This document shows positions 31,074 to 39,998 of a stretch of 64,000 nucleotides of DNA, piece after piece (positions within the stretch are counted from its first letter, which is position 1; each line of letters begins with the position of its first letter). The stretch comes from Thermoplasmata archaeon (lineage in GTDB: Archaea > Thermoplasmatota > E2 > JACPAO01 > JAHFTW01). A model generated the notes under the pieces. The model was not told the DNA's origin and did no database searches. It saw nothing but the letters and a program-made list of their open reading frames with translations. Both the position numbers and the translations under genes were made by a program. The stretch spans positions 192,001 through 256,000 of the forward strand of contig JAXDQS010000003.1 in assembly GCA_034667725.1 (NCBI GenBank), given 5' to 3'.

Positions 31074-31453
31074 CACTCGGTCTCGGCCAGGTAGTCCTCG
31101 GCGGACAGCAGGCCCTTCGCCTGGCTGGCGTCCGCCATCTTGATGCGCAGGAGCCAGCCCTTGCCGTAGGGATCCTCGTTGAGGGTCTCGGGGGCGTCGT
31201 CCAACGCCGCGTTGACGGCCAGCACCTTGCCTGCCACGGGCATGTAGAGGTCGGACACCGACTTGACGGACTCCACCACGCCGAACTCCTCGTCGGCCTG
31301 GAACTCGTCGCCGACCTTCGGCAGCTCGACGAACACGATGTCGTTGAGCGCCTCCTGGGCATGGTCGGTGATGCCGATGGTGGCGGTGTCGCCCTCGATG
31401 CGGACCCACTCGTGGGACTTGGTGTACAAGAGGTCCGGGGGGGTCTTGGACAT
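31073..31453 (-). CDS. gcvH: glycine cleavage system H protein
   Basis: HEWV, GITDHAQ, lipoyl site VESVKSVSD, NEDPYGKGW. Confidence 0.97.
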   Translation of the reverse strand: MSKTPPDLLYTKSHEWVRIEGDTATIGITDHAQEALNDIVFVELPKVGDEFQADEEFGVVESVKSVSDLYMPVAGKVLAVNAALDDAPETLNEDPYGKGWLLRIKMADASQAKGLLSAEDYLAETE

Positions 31454-31582
31454 GCACGGGGGACCGTGCCCCTCGCCTTAGGCGTGTCGGGCGATCCGGC
31501 CAGCCCATCCGAAAGGTCAAGAACCGCTCCCTTGTCGCCGCAACCGCGGGCTCGGGCCCGCTGGCGCCCCATCCAACCGGAT

Positions 31583-31656
31583 CGGGACTTAGTCTAGCTC
31601 GGTTAGGCGCCAGACTGTAAATCTGGAGTAGGCCGGTTCAAATCCGGCAGTCCCGA
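31583..31656 (+). tRNA. tRNA-Tyr(GTA)
   Basis: CGGGACT..CCAGA CT GTA AA TCTGG..AGTCCCG A; C1:G72 pair and short variable arm (archaeal type). Confidence 0.95.
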
Positions 31657-31806
31657 CTTCTTTCCCCCCTTCTTCCTTGGTTTCTTCGTCCGTGAAGGGT
31701 GCGCGTCAGCGCCGCCGATGCGCAGCGAGGCGCAGGGGTGGTCGTCGAGCGAATGCGAGGACGACCGCCCAGGGGGTCCTAGGGGCGAAGCCCCTAGCTG
31801 CGGGTG

Positions 31807-31850
31807 AGGCCGGTTCAAATCCGGCAGTCCCGACTTCTTTCCCCCCTTCT
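31807..31850 (+). repeat. perfect 44-bp copy of tRNA-Tyr 3' end plus trailer
   Basis: Identical to 31630-31673. Confidence 0.9.
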
Positions 31851-32141
31851 CCGTCCTTTCTGGCGGCCTGCGGCCCCCCGGCCCGGCGTTGCTTTCCCCT
31901 CGATTCCGGGTCCCTCCCAGCCGGCCCCTCTCCTGGGCCCCTCCAACCCTCTCCTGATGCCCTCCGAAGCCGGTTTCCGCCACCCCCGTTTCCACTGGCC
32001 CAACAGGAGGAAAACCACCCTCCCCGAGCGCTCCGGAAACCCCTCCTGGGCCCCTCCTGGAGCACTTCGGCAAGGTTATCATCCTCCGCCATCTGTTGGC
32101 CTCCTGGAGTTGGCTTCGGCCTCTCTGGAGGATGCCTCAAC

Positions 32142-32372
32142 ATGCCCTACGAACACAAGACGAAGAAGGGGACCTATGTCCTGGCGACGCGCAACGTCGA
32201 GCTGAAGGGTGGCCGCAAGCAGCAGATCTACTTCTTCTGCAAGACCGGCGCCAAGCTCAAGCCCGGCTGCAAGTGGTCCGAGATGCCCGCCGGCAAGAAG
32301 GTCGGCATCAACGCCCGCACCGGCCTCCCCTTCCTGGCCAACGCGGTCGCGACCAAGAAGGCCGCGAAGTAA
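32142..32372 (+). CDS. small basic protein
   Basis: 76 aa Lys-rich MPYEHKTKKG..KGGRKQQIYFF..RTGLPFL; GGAGG SD; pyrimidine-rich trailer. Confidence 0.8.
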   Translation: MPYEHKTKKGTYVLATRNVELKGGRKQQIYFFCKTGAKLKPGCKWSEMPAGKKVGINARTGLPFLANAVATKKAAK

Positions 32373-32424
32373 GGCCCCCAGGCCCGAAGCCCTCTTCCCT
32401 CCTTCTCCCCGTCTCTTTTCGCGC

Positions 32425-32769
32425 TCAAGCCTTCCGCAGCACCAGCAGGCCGCGCACGACCTTGTAGGCCACCGCCGCGCCCGCCAACGCCAGCGGCGCC
32501 AGCAGCAGGTACGGCCAACTGGTCCTCGGCTCCGCCAGCACCACGCGCAGGCTCAGCACCGCCAGCGTGAAGAACAGCAGCAGCACGAACGCCACGCCCC
32601 ACGACGTCAGCAGCCGCAGCACCAGCAGCAGCACCGGCGCGCCCAGCACGAACACGGCCCACCCCAAGTCGCCGCCGTTGAGGATCAGCCGCGCCGCCAG
32701 GATGGCCAACAGCCACAGCCCGGCGCCCAGCAGCACGAAACGGCCGGCGCCGGCACGGGACTCCGCCAC
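32425..32769 (-). CDS. small membrane protein
   Basis: 4 hydrophobic segments; GTG start inferred. Confidence 0.6.
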   Translation of the reverse strand: MAESRAGAGRFVLLGAGLWLLAILAARLILNGGDLGWAVFVLGAPVLLLVLRLLTSWGVAFVLLLFFTLAVLSLRVVLAEPRTSWPYLLLAPLALAGAAVAYKVVRGLLVLRKA

Positions 32770-32823
32770 GGCCGCGCGCAGGCGCCCGGCACCTTCAAGC
32801 CTCCCCGTCCGCCTGCGCAGGCC

Positions 32824-33201
32824 ATGGACCCCGCAAGCCGCGCCGGCGCCTTCGTCGCAGGCGGCGCCCTCATCGGCGTCTGGCTGTTCTTCGTCCTGTT
32901 CAAGGTCCCCGGCATCCACCTGGACGCCGGCCCCTGGCTGTTCTGGGGCGCCATCGGCCTCGTCATGGCCGGCGCCGGCCTCGGCGCCCGTTTCGCCACC
33001 CCCGTCGTCCGCATGGGCCTGTTCGTCGCCCTCGGCATCGCCGCCGGCCTCCTGGCCTCCGCCGCCGTCTTCCTCCAGGTCAGCGAGTCGTTCGCCGCCC
33101 TCCTCACCGCCTGCGGCGGCGCCATCATCGCCAGCGCCATCCCCCTCCAAGCCTGGCCCGACGCCACCCCCGCCGACGCCGAACGCGAGGCACAAGCCTG
33201 A
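32824..33201 (+). CDS. small membrane protein
   Basis: 4 TM, MDPASRAGAF.. Confidence 0.65.
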   Translation: MDPASRAGAFVAGGALIGVWLFFVLFKVPGIHLDAGPWLFWGAIGLVMAGAGLGARFATPVVRMGLFVALGIAAGLLASAAVFLQVSESFAALLTACGGAIIASAIPLQAWPDATPADAEREAQA

Positions 33202-33331
33202 AGGCGCCGCACGGAGCGAAGTGCCCGTGCAGCGAGTGCGGGGACTGGGACCGGGTCTTCCTGGAAGACCTGCGCCCCCCGCGGAAGACAAGGAAGAAGG
33301 GGTTATCTCCGCGACGAGCTAACGAGGAACC

Positions 33332-33638
33332 AACCCCGTCGCTTCAGGACGACTGACGGTAGCCCGCAAGGGCGGCTGAGGAAGGTCTCCGCATCTGCGC
33401 GCAAGCGCAACCTGCCGCCTCAAGGCGGTGTCTGGAGACGGACAGGGCTGGCGCAGAAACGACACAGCCGCGGGGCTGGGATGAAGGGGTCGCCCCGGAC
33501 GTCCCCCACGGACTTGCTGAAACGTGCCATGGCCTCAGGGGATGCAAGTCGCAAGGACGCTTAGTCGGATGTCGTCTGGCCGGCGGTCGTGAGGCCGCCC
33601 GGCGAAACAGAACGGAGCCTACTCGAGGCTGCGGGGTT
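33332..33638 (+). ncRNA. rnpB: RNase P RNA
   Basis: GAGGAAGGTCTCCG pairs with ACAGAACGGAGCCT (P4); P1 and P2 pairings; GCAGAAAC and GAAAC junctions; TATA-like ggttat about 27 nt upstream. Confidence 0.9.
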
Positions 33639-33732
33639 CCCAGTCCTCCCATCCCAAGCACTTGCTGCCAAGGCAGCTGCGCGGGCGGCCGCACGTCGCG
33701 GCGCAAAAGCGCCTCGGCGCTTTGCGCCTGGC

Positions 33733-34569
33733 CTACTCGGGGCTGGGATCGACCGGCATCCAGCGAATCCGCACGTCCGTCGTGCTGACCCGGTGCAGCA
33801 GCCCAGGCAGGGCGGGCGGGCCGCCGTCGGCGTTCGCGGCCGCGAACACGGCTTGGCCGTCGCCGACGTTGGTGGCGTTGCTGTTGTCCCATTCGACGTG
33901 ACCGTCGGCGCGGCCGTCGGCGCCCTTGTGCCAGACGGCGTACGTCATGTCGAAGGCGCCGGCGGCCTCCTGCACGGCGAAGTCGAGGTTGAAGTCGATG
34001 TCGTTGGTGTCGACGGCGACGGTCTCGAGGCGGGTGCCGGGCGGGGCGGGGCTGGCGGTGAAGGCGAAGGCGGCGTCGGTCCAGGTCACGTTGGCGGCGG
34101 CGAGGTAGGCGCGCAGGGCGTCGTCGTCGGTGGCGGACTCCAGCGGGTAGAGGTCGAGGTCGTCGGGGCCTTGGTCGAGCTCGGCCGGCGGCTGCACCAC
34201 GAGGTAGGCGGCGAAGGTGGCGGACTGGGCCTGGTCGCCGCAGCGGCCGGTGTCGACGAAGACGTTGACGGTGGCGCCGGCGGCGTCGGCGGCCCCGAGC
34301 GTGAAGCCTTCCGGCAGCGGGTCGCCGACCAAGCCGCCTTCTTCGAACGCGGACTTGGGGAACGGGAAGAAGGCGTGCCATTGGTCGCATTCCTGCAGGT
34401 CGTAGGCCGGCTGCGCTGGGGGCGTGGTGGCGTTGCCCGCCTGGCCGGCGCCCGTCGTCGTGGCGGTAGGGCCGGTGGTGGCGGACTGGGACGGGGGGTC
34501 GTCGGGGCCGGAGCAGCCGGCCAGCAGGACGAGGGCCAGAAGCGCCGTCGCGAGGGCACGCACGCGCAT
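33733..34569 (-). CDS. lipoprotein, unknown function
   Basis: LLAGC lipobox, Thr-rich linker. Confidence 0.7.
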   Translation of the reverse strand: MRVRALATALLALVLLAGCSGPDDPPSQSATTGPTATTTGAGQAGNATTPPAQPAYDLQECDQWHAFFPFPKSAFEEGGLVGDPLPEGFTLGAADAAGATVNVFVDTGRCGDQAQSATFAAYLVVQPPAELDQGPDDLDLYPLESATDDDALRAYLAAANVTWTDAAFAFTASPAPPGTRLETVAVDTNDIDFNLDFAVQEAAGAFDMTYAVWHKGADGRADGHVEWDNSNATNVGDGQAVFAAANADGGPPALPGLLHRVSTTDVRIRWMPVDPSPE

Positions 34570-34706
34570 GGCCGGCGACCCGTGGCGGGCTTCTTGGGGC
34601 TGTTGGCTGGCGGTGGCGCGGGCACCATCGTTTCTCCTGCCAAGCATTAAGGCCCGCCTCCAATCCGGCCGTGCCTTCCCTTTGGGGAAGGAGGAAACTT
34701 GCCCCC

Positions 34707-35573
34707 ATGAAGAACCTCAGCCTTGCGCTCGCCGGCCTCCTGTTGGCCGTCCTTGCCGCCCCCGCCGTGGCCGCCGATGACGTCTCGGTCGCGCCCCCGA
34801 ACCCGTGCTACTACACGCAATGCCCGCCGCCTTGCCTGGCCTGCCCGCCGCCGGTCTGCCTCAGCTGCATCATCCCCGCGACCTGCGACCTGGAGGACCG
34901 CGAGTGCCACCCTGAGCCGATGGACTGGGCCTGCACCACCGGCCCGTCCGGCCTCGGCGGCGTCATCGGCGCCACCGTCGACTACGCCTTCACCCTGGCC
35001 TTGATCGGCTGCGTCGTGAGCCTCTCCGAGGCCAACGTCGCCCTGGACGCCACCGGCGACACGACCTACTACGCCTACATGCAGGCCCAGGACACCGCGG
35101 ACTTCGTGCTCGGCAGCACCCTGAGCATCCCGACCAACGAGGTCAAGCCCGCCGTCCAGGCCCTCCAGGACACCGTGGGCTACGAGTTCGCCCTGGTCTG
35201 CTCCTTCCTGCTGGGCCCCTCCGCCTGCACCGGCCCCGCGCCGCTGCCCGGCGCCTGCCCCGTCGACCTGCCGGACGCCGGCGGCGTCGTGGGCGCGGCG
35301 CTTGCCACCGCCGAGGCCGGCTGCGCTGCCGCCCAGGGCGGCGCGTCCGCGGCCGCGGGCCACGCCGTCGAGGCGGCCCGCGACGTCGCGTTCGCGGTCA
35401 GCGTCGTGCTGCGCAACTTCGGCGGCCACGCCAACGAGGTCGTCGACGGCGCCGAGGCGCACGCGGCGAACCTCGAGGGCCACGCCAACGACGCGGCCGG
35501 CGTCGCCCTGTGGGGCGCCCAGGCCGGCTACACGGCCACCTGCGGCTACCTGTTCGGCGCCTGCCCCGTCTAG
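34707..35573 (+). CDS. secreted Cys/Ala-rich protein
   Basis: Signal peptide ending AVA; Cys-Pro cluster; GGAGG SD. Confidence 0.7.
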   Translation: MKNLSLALAGLLLAVLAAPAVAADDVSVAPPNPCYYTQCPPPCLACPPPVCLSCIIPATCDLEDRECHPEPMDWACTTGPSGLGGVIGATVDYAFTLALIGCVVSLSEANVALDATGDTTYYAYMQAQDTADFVLGSTLSIPTNEVKPAVQALQDTVGYEFALVCSFLLGPSACTGPAPLPGACPVDLPDAGGVVGAALATAEAGCAAAQGGASAAAGHAVEAARDVAFAVSVVLRNFGGHANEVVDGAEAHAANLEGHANDAAGVALWGAQAGYTATCGYLFGACPV

Positions 35574-35639
35574 GCCGCCTGCGGGTTCCTTTTTCCCCTC
35601 CTCCCAACCTTTTTGCAAGCGGCCCAGGTCGCGCGGCCC

Positions 35640-36380
35640 GTGAAGGACGCGCTCGCGGCATTCTACCACCGGCACCGCGTCCGCCGCCCGCGCACGCCGC
35701 CGGCCGGCCCCCGCGACCCCGTGCGGCTGGTGTGCTTCGACATGGACGGCGTCCTCATCGACGTCGGCTCGTCGTGGGTGATGGTGCACAAGCACTTCGG
35801 CGTCCAGAACGAGGCCAGCCTGCGGGCCTACCTCAACGGCGAGTTCGACGACCGCGAGTTCATCCGGCGCGACGCGGCGCTGTGGCTGCGGCTGCGGCCC
35901 AAGCTGGCGCGGGCCGACTTCGAGGAGATCTTCCGCGTGCCGCCGTTCATGCCGGGCGTGCAGGCGACGGTGGCGGCGCTGCGGGACGCCGGCGTCGAGA
36001 TGGCGATCGTCTCGGGCGGCGTCGACATCATGGCGGAGGAGGTGGCGCGCCGCCTCAGCATCCCGCGCGTGGCCGCCAACGGCTTCGAGTACGACGCCGC
36101 CGGGCACATCACGGGCGAGGGCGTGGTGCGGACGCCGCTCAACGACAAGGCCGCGCCGGTGGTGCGGTTCGCCGAGGAGTCGGGGATCCCGCTGCGCAAC
36201 GTCGCCTGCGTCGGCAACTCGCTGCCGGACGTGTCGATGTTCGAGGTGGCGGGCCGCAGCATCGCGTTCCACCCCGAGGACGACTACACCCGCGAGCACG
36301 CCACTTGGGTCGTCGAGCAGGGGCCGCTCGACCAGGTCGTGCCGCTGCTGCTCACGGCCGCTTCCGCTCGGCCACCTTGA
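35640..36380 (+). CDS. HAD-IB phosphatase (phosphoserine phosphatase-like)
   Basis: FDMDGVL, VSGG, K, GNS..D. Confidence 0.85.
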   Translation: MKDALAAFYHRHRVRRPRTPPAGPRDPVRLVCFDMDGVLIDVGSSWVMVHKHFGVQNEASLRAYLNGEFDDREFIRRDAALWLRLRPKLARADFEEIFRVPPFMPGVQATVAALRDAGVEMAIVSGGVDIMAEEVARRLSIPRVAANGFEYDAAGHITGEGVVRTPLNDKAAPVVRFAEESGIPLRNVACVGNSLPDVSMFEVAGRSIAFHPEDDYTREHATWVVEQGPLDQVVPLLLTAASARPP

Positions 36381-39057
36381 CGGCCGCGTCGTCCTCCTGG
36401 CCGGCGCGCCGCAGCGGCCGGGGCCGTGCGGCCGGGCGGTCGGCGGGGTGGCCGGCGGCGCGGGCGGCGTGCTCCTGCACCAGCTCCAGGCCGGCGCGGA
36501 CGTCGTCCAGCTGAAGGACCACGAGGTCGCCGGGCTGGGCGAGGGCGAGGGCGCGCTCGATGGCGACGCGCTCGGAGTCGGCGGTCTCGAGGCGGGCGGC
36601 GTCGAAGCCCGTGTCGAGGATGCCTTGCCGCAGCACGGCCATGGTCTCGCCCGGGGCGCGGCGGCGCGGGTCCGGGTCGGAGAGCAGGATGTGGTCGTAC
36701 ATGGTGGCGAGCTTGGCGCCGAAGGCGAGGATGTCCTCGTCGCGCCGGTTGCCGGAGGCGTTGGCGGCGGCGATGACGCGGCCGCCGCGGCGCAGGCCGT
36801 CCACGACGCCTTGGAGGGCGGCCAGCGCGGGCGCGTTGTGGCCATAGTCCACCAGCACCTGGACCGGGCCGACCTCGAGGAGGTTCATGCGGCCGGGCAG
36901 CGCGCTTGGCGACGGCGTGAAGCCGCGCAGCGCCGCGTCGATGGTCGCGACCGGGACGCCGAGGGCGCGGCAGGCGGCGACGGCGGCCATCGCGTTCTGG
37001 ACGTTGAAGCTCGCGACCCCGCCCATCGTGACGGGATAGTCGCGCACGTCGCCGACGGTCTCGTCGCCGTTGCGGTCGCGCAGCACGATCTCGGTGCCGA
37101 CGACGGTGACGGCGGTGCCGCTGCGGGCCACATGCTCGGTGAGCTCGCGGCCGGCGGGGTCGAGGCCGAACAGGATGGTGCGGCAGCGCAGCGTGTCGGC
37201 GTAGCGCGCAACCGCCGGGTCGTCGGCGTTCAGCACGGCGGTGCCGCTGCGGGCGACGTTCTCGACCACGACCGCCTTGAGCTCGGCGAGGTCCTGCAAG
37301 GTCTCGATGCCGCCCTCGCCGAGGTGGTCGCTTGCGACGTTGAGGAACACGCCGACGTCGGCGCGGTCGTAGCCGAGGCCGCGGCGGAGGATCCCGCCGC
37401 GGGCGACCTCCAGCACGGCGTGGTCGACCAGCGGGTCGGTCAGCACGGCGCGGGCGCCGTCGGGGCCGGAGTAGTCGCCTTCGAGGGCGGGCTCGCCGTC
37501 GATCTCGACGCCCGTCGTGGTGGCGATGCCGACCCGGCCGCCGGCCGCGGCCAGGATGTGGCTCACCAGGCGGACGGTGGTGGTCTTGCCGTTGGTGCCC
37601 GTGATCGCGACGATGGGGATGCGGCCGTCGGCGCCGTTCGGAAACAGCATGTCCACGATGGGGGAGCCGACGTTGCGCGGCCGGCCGACGGTCGGCTGGG
37701 CGTGCATCCGCAGGCCGGGCGCCGCGTTGACCTCCACGACGCCGCCGCGGGTCTCTGCGAGCGGGCGCGCGAGCGTGGGGGCGACGATGTCGAGGCCCAT
37801 GATGTCGAGGCCGACCATGCGGCTGACGCGCTCGGCCATCCGGCGCACCAAGGGGTGGACCTCGTTGGTGACGTCGGTGGCCGTGCCGCCGGTGCTGAGG
37901 TTGGCGGTGCCCTTCAGGATCACGGCCTGGCCGGCGGCGGGGACCGACTCCAGGCCCATGCCTTGGCGGTTGAGCTGGCGGTGGCTCTCGGCGTCGATCT
38001 CGATGCGGGTGAGCCAGGACTCGTGGCCGTCGGCGCGGCGCGGGTCGGCGTTGGCCTCTTCCACCAGTTGCGCGACGGTGCGGCGGCCGTCGCCGACGAC
38101 CTGCGCGGGGTCGCGGCGGGCGGCGGCGATGAAGCGGTGGCCGACGACAAGGACGCGGAAGTCGGCGCCCTCCAGGTGCTGCTCGACCAGGACGGCGGCG
38201 TCGACCTCGCGGGCGGCGGCGAACCCGATGGCCAGCTCGGCGGGCGTGCGCAGCCCGGTGGAGACGCCGCGGCCGTGGTTGCCGACGCGGGGCTTGACGA
38301 CGACGGGGTAGCCCAGCTCGTCGGCGGCCTCCAGGGCGCCTTCGAGCGAGTGGACCAGCTCGCCGCGCGGGACCGGCACGCCGGCCTCCTCCAGGATGGC
38401 CTTGGTGCGGTCCTTGTCGTCGGCGATCTCGCAGCCGATGCAGCTGGTGTTGCCGGTGAGCGACGCCTGGATGCGCTGCTGCCGGGCGCCGTGGCCGAGC
38501 TGGAGGTAGCTGGAGGCGTTGAGGCGCAGCACCGGGATGCCGCGGCGGCGCGCCTCGCCGACGATGGTGTTGGTGGACGGGCCGAGGCTTTGGCGGCGGT
38601 GCAGCGCCTCCAGGTGCTCGGTGACGGCCTTGACGTCGAAGGGGACGCCTTGCAGCACGGCCGTGACGAGGTCCACGGCGGCAAGCCCTGCCTCCAGGCC
38701 GGCCTCCTCGGTGCGGTAGCGGTAGACCACGGTGTAGACGCCGGGCTCGTGGGTCTCGCGGGTCTTGCCGAAGCCGACCTTGAGGCCGGCCATGCACTGC
38801 AGCTCGATGGCGACGTGCTCGACGACGTGGCCCATGTAGGTGCCTTCGGCGAGGCGCTCGGCGAAGCCGCCGACGTGGCCGCGGCTGCAACGGTGCTCGC
38901 GCAAGGTCGGCAGCAGCTCGAGCAGCCGCTCGTTGAACCCGGGCACCGCGTTGCTGGGCGTGGCGGCGTGCTCCTCCAGGTCCAGGCGCATGAAGACGGT
39001 CGGGTAGGGCGAGTAGTGGTTCGGGCCTGGGATGGCGCGTTGTTCGAGGACCTTCAT
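36352..39057 (-). CDS. cphA: cyanophycin synthetase CphA1
   Basis: N domain GPN..HRCS..HVVEHVAIELQ; ATP-grasp VVKP..GNHGRG and EVNAAPG; Mur-like ITGTNGKTTT, EVARGG, DHLG, VDYGHN; 901 aa. Confidence 0.95.
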   Translation of the reverse strand: MKVLEQRAIPGPNHYSPYPTVFMRLDLEEHAATPSNAVPGFNERLLELLPTLREHRCSRGHVGGFAERLAEGTYMGHVVEHVAIELQCMAGLKVGFGKTRETHEPGVYTVVYRYRTEEAGLEAGLAAVDLVTAVLQGVPFDVKAVTEHLEALHRRQSLGPSTNTIVGEARRRGIPVLRLNASSYLQLGHGARQQRIQASLTGNTSCIGCEIADDKDRTKAILEEAGVPVPRGELVHSLEGALEAADELGYPVVVKPRVGNHGRGVSTGLRTPAELAIGFAAAREVDAAVLVEQHLEGADFRVLVVGHRFIAAARRDPAQVVGDGRRTVAQLVEEANADPRRADGHESWLTRIEIDAESHRQLNRQGMGLESVPAAGQAVILKGTANLSTGGTATDVTNEVHPLVRRMAERVSRMVGLDIMGLDIVAPTLARPLAETRGGVVEVNAAPGLRMHAQPTVGRPRNVGSPIVDMLFPNGADGRIPIVAITGTNGKTTTVRLVSHILAAAGGRVGIATTTGVEIDGEPALEGDYSGPDGARAVLTDPLVDHAVLEVARGGILRRGLGYDRADVGVFLNVASDHLGEGGIETLQDLAELKAVVVENVARSGTAVLNADDPAVARYADTLRCRTILFGLDPAGRELTEHVARSGTAVTVVGTEIVLRDRNGDETVGDVRDYPVTMGGVASFNVQNAMAAVAACRALGVPVATIDAALRGFTPSPSALPGRMNLLEVGPVQVLVDYGHNAPALAALQGVVDGLRRGGRVIAAANASGNRRDEDILAFGAKLATMYDHILLSDPDPRRRAPGETMAVLRQGILDTGFDAARLETADSERVAIERALALAQPGDLVVLQLDDVRAGLELVQEHAARAAGHPADRPAARPRPLRRAGQEDDAAVKVAERKRP

Positions 39058-39998
39058 GCGTTCGACGGCTCCTTCCGGATCGAGGGGGCGGGCTTGGGGA
39101 GGACGGCGTGCGCGCCGTTGGGCGGGAGGGCGCCGTTGGTGGCGCCTTCCGGGGGGACGAGGGGCACCGGCTGGGGCGGCGGCCTGAGGTAGCGGCGCTC
39201 GCCGAGGTGGAAGCCGTGGCCGGCGACAAGGGTATGGACCGTGATGTTCTCGACCGCGATGGGCTCGTGCAGCGCGATGTCGGTGAGGTTGGTGTAGCGC
39301 AGGTCGTGGCCGTCCACCAGCACCACGACGCCCTTGCCGAACACCTCCAGCTCCTCGCCGTGGCGGACGATGATGCCGGTGTCCTCGCCGAGGCCGACGC
39401 CCATGAGGCCGGGGTTCGAGGCGACGACCTCCAAGAGGCGGCTCAGGCGGCCCCGGTCGAGGAAGTGGGTGTCGAGGACGGCCTTGCTGATGAGGCCCAG
39501 GCCCGGCGTCATCTGGACGGAGCCCTTGCGCATGCCGCGGTTGGGCTCGCCCTCGAAGATCATGGTGGCGCTCATGGCGGCCGCCCCCGCCGAGGTGCCG
39601 GCCACGACGCCGCCGTTGCGGTGGTGGTGCCGGATGGCCGCGGCGACCGCGGTGCCGCCCAAGAGCGTCGTGAGGCGGAGCTGGTCGCCGCCGGTGAAGA
39701 ACACGACGTCGCAGTCGCGCACCCGGTCCACGTACTCCTGCAGGTCCGCGGCGCGGCGGTCCCGGATGTCCATGACCTCGACCTTGGGGATGCCGAGGGC
39801 GCCGAACGCCTTGCGGTACTCGACGGCCATCTGGTCGGGGAACTGGCTGGCGGTCGGGATGACCTCGACGTGGCGCGTGCCGCCGGCCGGCAGCTCGCAC
39901 ATCTGCTTGAGGACGGCCTTGCCGAACTCCTTGTCCTCGTTGCCGCCGATGGCCACCAGGAAGCCGAGCGGCGGCGACCGCAACGGGCCCTCGGTCAC
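39054..39998 (-). CDS. cphB: cyanophycinase
   Basis: IGGNEDK, FTGGDQLRL, GTSAGA, DTHF..RGR..RL, GLGEDT. Confidence 0.93.
   Translation of the reverse strand: MTEGPLRSPPLGFLVAIGGNEDKEFGKAVLKQMCELPAGGTRHVEVIPTASQFPDQMAVEYRKAFGALGIPKVEVMDIRDRRAADLQEYVDRVRDCDVVFFTGGDQLRLTTLLGGTAVAAAIRHHHRNGGVVAGTSAGAAAMSATMIFEGEPNRGMRKGSVQMTPGLGLISKAVLDTHFLDRGRLSRLLEVVASNPGLMGVGLGEDTGIIVRHGEELEVFGKGVVVLVDGHDLRYTNLTDIALHEPIAVENITVHTLVAGHGFHLGERRYLRPPPQPVPLVPPEGATNGALPPNGAHAVLPKPAPSIRKEPSNA

Noticed and set aside
31807-31850. Second tRNA-Tyr or split tRNA half
   Set aside because: Only the T-arm and acceptor 3' strand are copied; there is no D or anticodon arm, and an intact gene is adjacent
33344-33730. Protein-coding frames over the 33.2-33.7 kb gap
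   Set aside because: The region is explained by RNase P RNA
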